Shown: one piece after another, positions 59,336 to 64,000 of the stretch
Layout: every line of letters starts with the position of its first letter
Numbering within the stretch: the first letter of the stretch is position 1
Origin: an uncultured delta proteobacterium
GTDB taxonomy: Bacteria > Desulfobacterota > Binatia > UBA9968
Assembly: GCA_963727625.1 (NCBI GenBank)
Contig: CAVSHR010000004.1
Span: 1,024,001-1,088,000, forward strand
Reading direction: 5' to 3'
Length of the DNA stretch: 64,000 nucleotides
Translations under genes and position numbers: made by a program
The notes under the pieces: model-generated
Databases searched by the model: none
Told to the model about the DNA's origin: nothing
What the model saw: only the letters and a program-made list of their open reading frames with translations

Positions 59336-59542
59336 TCAGTGGGACCGAGAGTACACAAGGCAGGCTTGAACGTCCTCCTTCTCCAACCATGAATATCCTT
59401 GGAGGATCGTTTCAGCCGTATCCCCAGCGGCGAGCATACTCAGGATATGTTCGACGGCTAACCGTCGCCCGCGAATTATCGGCTTACCGCCGAATATTTT
59501 GGGATTCACAGTGATCCGCTTTAGCAGCACTAGTTCATCCAT
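59336..59542 (-). CDS. DUF433-family protein (possibly C-terminally clipped, no PIN partner)
   Basis: RITVNPKIFGGKPIIRGRRLAVEHIL, EDVQACLVY. Confidence 0.8.
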   Translation of the reverse strand: MDELVLLKRITVNPKIFGGKPIIRGRRLAVEHILSMLAAGDTAETILQGYSWLEKEDVQACLVYSRSH

Positions 59543-59572
59543 AGTCGACCTCATTCTCCGTCGTCGAGCAGC

Positions 59573-59780
59573 GCAAGCAATTCCTCGATCGTTTCGTCAC
59601 CGGGCCAGTTGTTCCACACTTCTTTCAACCAGCCGGGATTCACCGAAACCACACCAGTCTCAAAATCTTCGAGAGAGAATGCCGGGGCCCCTGATCGCGT
59701 TGATTCTTCATCCTTCGTCGTGATTGACCTCGCGTTAATGCCTATTTTGCTCTCTTCGGGAGAGTTTTCCAAGTTGACCA
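59573..59780 (-). repeat. Repeat A, copy 1 (208 bp; copy 2 at 62058-62266)
   Basis: Near-identical segments encoding ...[37 protein letters not shown]. Confidence 0.9.
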
Positions 59781-59789
59781 ACAGCGCGT

Positions 59790-60114
59790 CGAGCTTGCCC
59801 TTCTCTTTGCCGAGCGTCTCCAGCAGATGGCGATAATGGATTTCCAGCTCGTCGCCGTCCTTGGCGAGCAAGCTGGCCCAATCGAAGCCTTTGGGAATGC
59901 GCGCAGGTTTATTGAACGGCGGCCGGCTCTGCTCATCCGCCATCTTGAGGAAAAGCAGAAACGTCAGCTGCTCAGACCCTGTCCTGAGCAGCGTCGAAGG
60001 ATAGTCGCCGCTTGCCTGCGCGTGGCGCGCAAGCAGGTACGACAGCCCGTCATCGCGCAGGATGTTGCAGTAGTTCCAGAGTTTTTGGACGAGTTGAGTG
60101 GACTGTTCAGGCAT
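59790..60114 (-). pseudogene. hsdM: hsdM 5' fragment with two in-frame insertions
   Basis: MPEQSTQLVQKLWNYCNILRDDGLSY...EQLTFLLFLKMADEQ...LETLGKEKG. Confidence 0.9.
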
Positions 60115-60148
60115 TAGGATGAAGCAGGAGTCTTGCAGAGAGATCGAT

Positions 60149-60376
60149 TTAGGGTTTCGATGAAAGATGGGCCGAAAGAAGTGCCGCGCTTTCCCGGTCA
60201 AACTCCCTCAAAGCGTTCTGGATGAGGTCAACCTCCCGTGCCTCAAAGAACGGTTCTCCGCATTGGGTGCACACCCATGCGGGAACCGCGTCCCAGGAGA
60301 CGTGATAGCCGTTGCGGTCCAAACTAAACGGAGCCGTTCCACGCTTCATCCGTCCTTTGCAATGAATGCATTCCAT
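60149..60376 (-). CDS. YgiT/MqsA-type zinc-finger protein
   Basis: MECIHCKG...VPAWVCTQCGEPFF. Confidence 0.85.
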   Translation of the reverse strand: MECIHCKGRMKRGTAPFSLDRNGYHVSWDAVPAWVCTQCGEPFFEAREVDLIQNALREFDRESAALLSAHLSSKP

Positions 60377-60399
60377 ATCCACCCGCTTGGGATTCCGGC

Positions 60400-60600
60400 T
60401 CATTCAGCCAGTTGAAAGTCTACGCTGCGCGTATCCGTCACACGCTTAGAAGCATCAAGAATCTCGAAGGAAATCAGGTTTCCTTGCGCATCGTAATCAA
60501 GAATAACTCCCGGCTTATCCTCGTCACTCTCATGCACGGGCGTATTGTCTTTAAGAACGACGCTCAGTGTGTCCGTTCTGGGATCGTATCTCACTTTCAT
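60400..60600 (-). CDS. DUF2283-family protein
   Basis: MKVRYDPRTDTL...ESDEDKPGVILDYDAQGNLISFEILDAS. Confidence 0.9.
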   Translation of the reverse strand: MKVRYDPRTDTLSVVLKDNTPVHESDEDKPGVILDYDAQGNLISFEILDASKRVTDTRSVDFQLAE

Positions 60601-60875
60601 ACATCGTCCCTCCAATATTTCGAAACCTTGCGGGTCCGATAAGCAGTCACCACTTCAGCCGGAGCCCGGTCCATATCCACAAAAACCCTCACGAGATATT
60701 CTGAACCGGATTTTTGAACGCGCGATTGGAGAACGACCCGATGAGGTCGAACTTCAAATCGTTGCTCCGGATTTCTGAGAACACTGTCAATGACTTCCGT
60801 GGTCAACCGTCGTCGCGTGAGCTCGATGGTCGCATGATCTGTAATAATATAGTCTGTGACCGGCTCGGCCGCCAC
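60597..60875 (-). CDS. DUF4258-family putative toxin
   Basis: ITDHA..ELTRR, VLRNPEQ, LVRVFVD, VVTAYRTRKVSKYW; ATGA overlap with DUF2283. Confidence 0.8.
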   Translation of the reverse strand: MAAEPVTDYIITDHATIELTRRRLTTEVIDSVLRNPEQRFEVRPHRVVLQSRVQKSGSEYLVRVFVDMDRAPAEVVTAYRTRKVSKYWRDDV

Positions 60876-61055
60876 ATTGATCCCCTAACGCGAACTATTC
60901 CCATCTTGCCGTTTTATGAAAACTTTGCCAAACGCTTTGATAAGGGTACAATTTGTACGTCTGAATTGACCGGATCGGTGAATTACTGCACAGATAATGT
61001 GGCCGGTGACAGCGTGGCTCCTCGTAGATGCCCGACTGCTAAGCACCCATTTCTG

Positions 61056-61358
61056 TTACTTAGCGGGCACGTACCGATAATGCGTCTCCAACTCGTCGCC
61101 GTCCAGGCGCCTCAGGCTCTGCCAATCGACGCTCTTGGGAATCGGCGACGGCTTGTTGAATGGCGCCCGGCTCTGCTCGTCCACCATCTTGAGAAACAGC
61201 CGAAACGTCAACTGCTCAGAGCCTGTCCTGACCCATGCCGAAGGATAATCGCCGCTTGCCTGCGCGCGGCGCGCAAGCAGGTACGACAGCCCGTCATCGC
61301 GCAGGATGTTGCAGTAGTTCCAGAGTTTTTGAACGAGTTGAGTGGATTGATCAGCCAT
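61056..61358 (-). pseudogene. hsdM: hsdM 5' fragment with two in-frame insertions
   Basis: MADQSTQLVQKLWNYCNILRDDGLSY...DWQSLRRLDGDELETHYR. Confidence 0.9.
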
Positions 61359-61397
61359 GGAGAAACGACATTTCTGAAAATATTTAGTGATCGGTCG

Positions 61398-61774
61398 TTA
61401 TGTTATGCGTGTCCCGCCTTGGCTTCCTTCCCGAATGCGGACTCGGTCGTCCTCCACGATCCAAAGATGGCCCACAAGTGTTTCTCGTTCCAACAAGGTG
61501 AGCCGAGTGGTCAGGCGCACGAGCGTGGTGATACTCTGTATCGTGGGTCGAAAAACAACGATGCCATGATAATCTTCCGGCGGGTAAGCCCGTATATCGG
61601 AGAAGTCGAGGTCGAGCGTAAGCAGAGCCCGGCCTTCTTTCCGGCAGACCTGAGCCACGTCAGGATCAATGCTACCGGCCATGCCCTGCTCTGCAACCGT
61701 CACCGAATCGTGTTGATACTGTACAAGCAGGTCTTTGATTTCGAGGGGCAGATGCTCGTCAATCTTACAACGCA

Positions 61775-61775
<1 letters not shown>
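61398..61775 (-). CDS. DUF5615 PIN-like putative toxin
   Basis: KIDEHLP, HDSVTVAEQG, EGRALLTLDLDFSD, HGIVVFR, RVRIR. Confidence 0.85.
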
Positions 61776-62266
<491 letters not shown>

Positions 62267-62351
62267 GCGGTCGACTATACTCCTTGTGTAATAGTTCACC
62301 TCAACAGCCGAATTACTACGCAGTGACTGAATCCAGAGGGCGATCGGAAGT

Positions 62352-62617
62352 CAGCAACTGACGTTAGTGCGTCTCCAGCTCGTCACCGTCCTTGGCTACA
62401 AGCTGGCCCAGTCGAAACCGTTGGGAATGGGAGCCGGTTTGCTAAACGGCGGCCTGCTCTGCTCATCCGCCATCTTGAGGAACAGCAGATACGTTAACTG
62501 CTCAGAGCCTGTGCTGAGCGCAGCCGAAGCATACTCGCCGTACGAAAACCCATCACCTCGGAACATGTTGCAATAATTCCAGGGTGCTTGAACGAACTGG
62601 TGAGAGGTCTCAGGCAT
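62352..62617 (-). pseudogene. hsdM: hsdM 5' fragment, the most degenerate copy, with one in-frame insertion
   Basis: MPETSHQFVQAPWNYCNMFRGDGFSYGEY...FDWASL, then a 1-nt deletion before AKDGDELETH. Confidence 0.85.
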
Positions 62618-62627
62618 AGCGGCTAAA

Positions 62628-63998
62628 CTAGTTTTTGCTCTCTTTTATCGTTTTTAATTTCTGTTCTAAAGCCGTAATTAATGAGTCGATTGGACCACGG
62701 TGATGCTGGTTCACCGCGCTTGAAGGATTACCTTCAACGAGCTCCGCAATATCGCCCTTAACTTTCATTTCAACGTTATCTGTCCACAATTTGCCTTGGT
62801 TTTTAAAAATCAGTCGCATTCTATCCGACCACTTTCGATTACCTTTGAACTGCGGCGCTTCCGTGGACACACCGTATTTATTTTTTAACAGTGGCGAATA
62901 AAGTGTCTCGTTGTACAAGTCTTCAATTTCAGACTCGGATAAGCCGTTACGGCTAGCAAAAGTCACGTCAGCTTGTGTCGCAAGTCCTTCCCGTTCAGCC
63001 TTTTTAAATGCGCCGATACCCGAATTGTCGTAATCAAGAAAACAATGTGACATGCACATCGCTTCTCGGACCTGACCTAGCATATAGGTAAGATTGTTTC
63101 CCCCGAATAACGACTGAATGGCTAGGGACCTCTGATCCAACGAAGACTTCAGAGCTGGCGAGCCATGCTTAAGAAGCGCGCTAAAAGCGCGTTTGTCATC
63201 CTCTCCCTCAACAAGAAAAATTAATTCGGCATGTTGGAGATTGTCCGAGGCCCGAACGCCAAGAATATCGCGGATTTCCTTTATGTCTTTCGCTGGTACG
63301 GCCTTTTTTTGGTTGACGATCACGTTCGACTTGATACTTGTACGATCGACAAACAAAGGGCAGTGGGTTGTCATAATAACTTGATGCTTATCAGCGATTT
63401 CAGCAAGAACTAAACGGAGCTGATGAATGGCCGAAGGATGCAAATGAGATTCCGGTTCTTCTATCGTCAATATTAACTGGCGACCGAGCGCGCCACTTTC
63501 TGACGAGTGACGCATCAGGCTAAGTGCGGCGAGACTTTGAACACCATCCCCTTTCCGAGCCAAAAGGGTTGGCGTTCCATCATCTACAACTATGTCACAT
63601 GATCGCCTCAATGCTCGATATCTCGCTTCTTCTGATATGGTCACCCTTACGTTTCGTACGTTAGGTAGAAAAACACGAAGGGTCTCCGTGATGCTTTTGG
63701 AAATTTTATCTAAAACCGGAGCTTGAATCTTCGCGACTTCAGCAAGCGCCTTCTTGTATGCCGATTCCTCCTCGACCGGCTTGAGCTCTCGATCGACAAT
63801 TCCACTGACGATCGATTCAGCTTGATCGTACGTTCTCACGGAAGGAATGTAGGTAATGTTAATTCTCTTGGAAACAAATTGCGCAATGAGTTCATCTTTT
63901 TTTGACAACGCTGGGCCACCCGGCCCCTTTTTTACAACTTTAAAACTCGGATCGCCTTTGCCGAGCGATAGTTGAATCGGCAGCGATCCATTGAGCGA
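62628..63998 (-). CDS. OLD-family ATP-dependent endonuclease (ABC ATPase + TOPRIM), 5'-truncated by the window edge
   Basis: KGDGVQS signature, IEEPESHLHP, QVIMTTH, FLVEGEDD, FLDYD, EIED; frame open to the window end. Confidence 0.85.
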   Translation of the reverse strand, partial: SLNGSLPIQLSLGKGDPSFKVVKKGPGGPALSKKDELIAQFVSKRINITYIPSVRTYDQAESIVSGIVDRELKPVEEESAYKKALAEVAKIQAPVLDKISKSITETLRVFLPNVRNVRVTISEEARYRALRRSCDIVVDDGTPTLLARKGDGVQSLAALSLMRHSSESGALGRQLILTIEEPESHLHPSAIHQLRLVLAEIADKHQVIMTTHCPLFVDRTSIKSNVIVNQKKAVPAKDIKEIRDILGVRASDNLQHAELIFLVEGEDDKRAFSALLKHGSPALKSSLDQRSLAIQSLFGGNNLTYMLGQVREAMCMSHCFLDYDNSGIGAFKKAEREGLATQADVTFASRNGLSESEIEDLYNETLYSPLLKNKYGVSTEAPQFKGNRKWSDRMRLIFKNQGKLWTDNVEMKVKGDIAELVEGNPSSAVNQHHRGPIDSLITALEQKLKTIKESKN

Positions 63999-64000
63999 AC

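Noticed and set aside
59551-60201. 216-aa ORF as a genuine gene
   Set aside because: It is a chimera of upstream sequence, an hsdM fragment with insertions, and repeat A.

Overview
GC-rich bacterial chromosomal window. The many amidohydrolase_2 enzymes, orphan solute-binding proteins, cupins and intergenic TTGAAC/REP-like repeats resemble Candidatus Binatia/deltaproteobacterial genomes, but that taxonomy is only an inference. 1-29 kb is mostly catabolic: cupin, EutA-like protein, thiolase/DUF35, double-domain family III CoA-transferase, AcuI, prpC-prpD-prpB, amidase, carboxyltransferase, amidohydrolases, SrkA, nitroreductase, VOC, GST, and a small AT-richer Bor-like lipoprotein + DUF2235 insert. 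29-57 kb mixes metabolic genes with mobile DNA: RAYT/Y1 HUH transposase remnants with terminal inverted repeats and MITE-like derivatives, a complete group II intron, a decayed IS1634 and an intact IS1182. 57-64 kb is a defence-type island. The strongest findings are four. (1) A TIR-transmembrane-thioredoxin gene whose in-frame TGA forms a UxxC motif and is followed by a SECIS-like hairpin, i.e. a probable selenoprotein that the ORF track splits in two. (2) An array of three diverged hsdM 5' fragments upstream of a full-length hsdM, separated by different toxin-antitoxin-like cassettes; the fragments carry frame-preserving REP-like insertions at fixed sites. (3) A group II intron whose EBS1 loop matches the RAYT terminal motif it sits in. 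(4) A RAYT split into permuted halves bounding a 6,034-bp segment. No rRNA, tRNA or CRISPR array was recognised. Family calls come from motif recognition by eye, not database searches.
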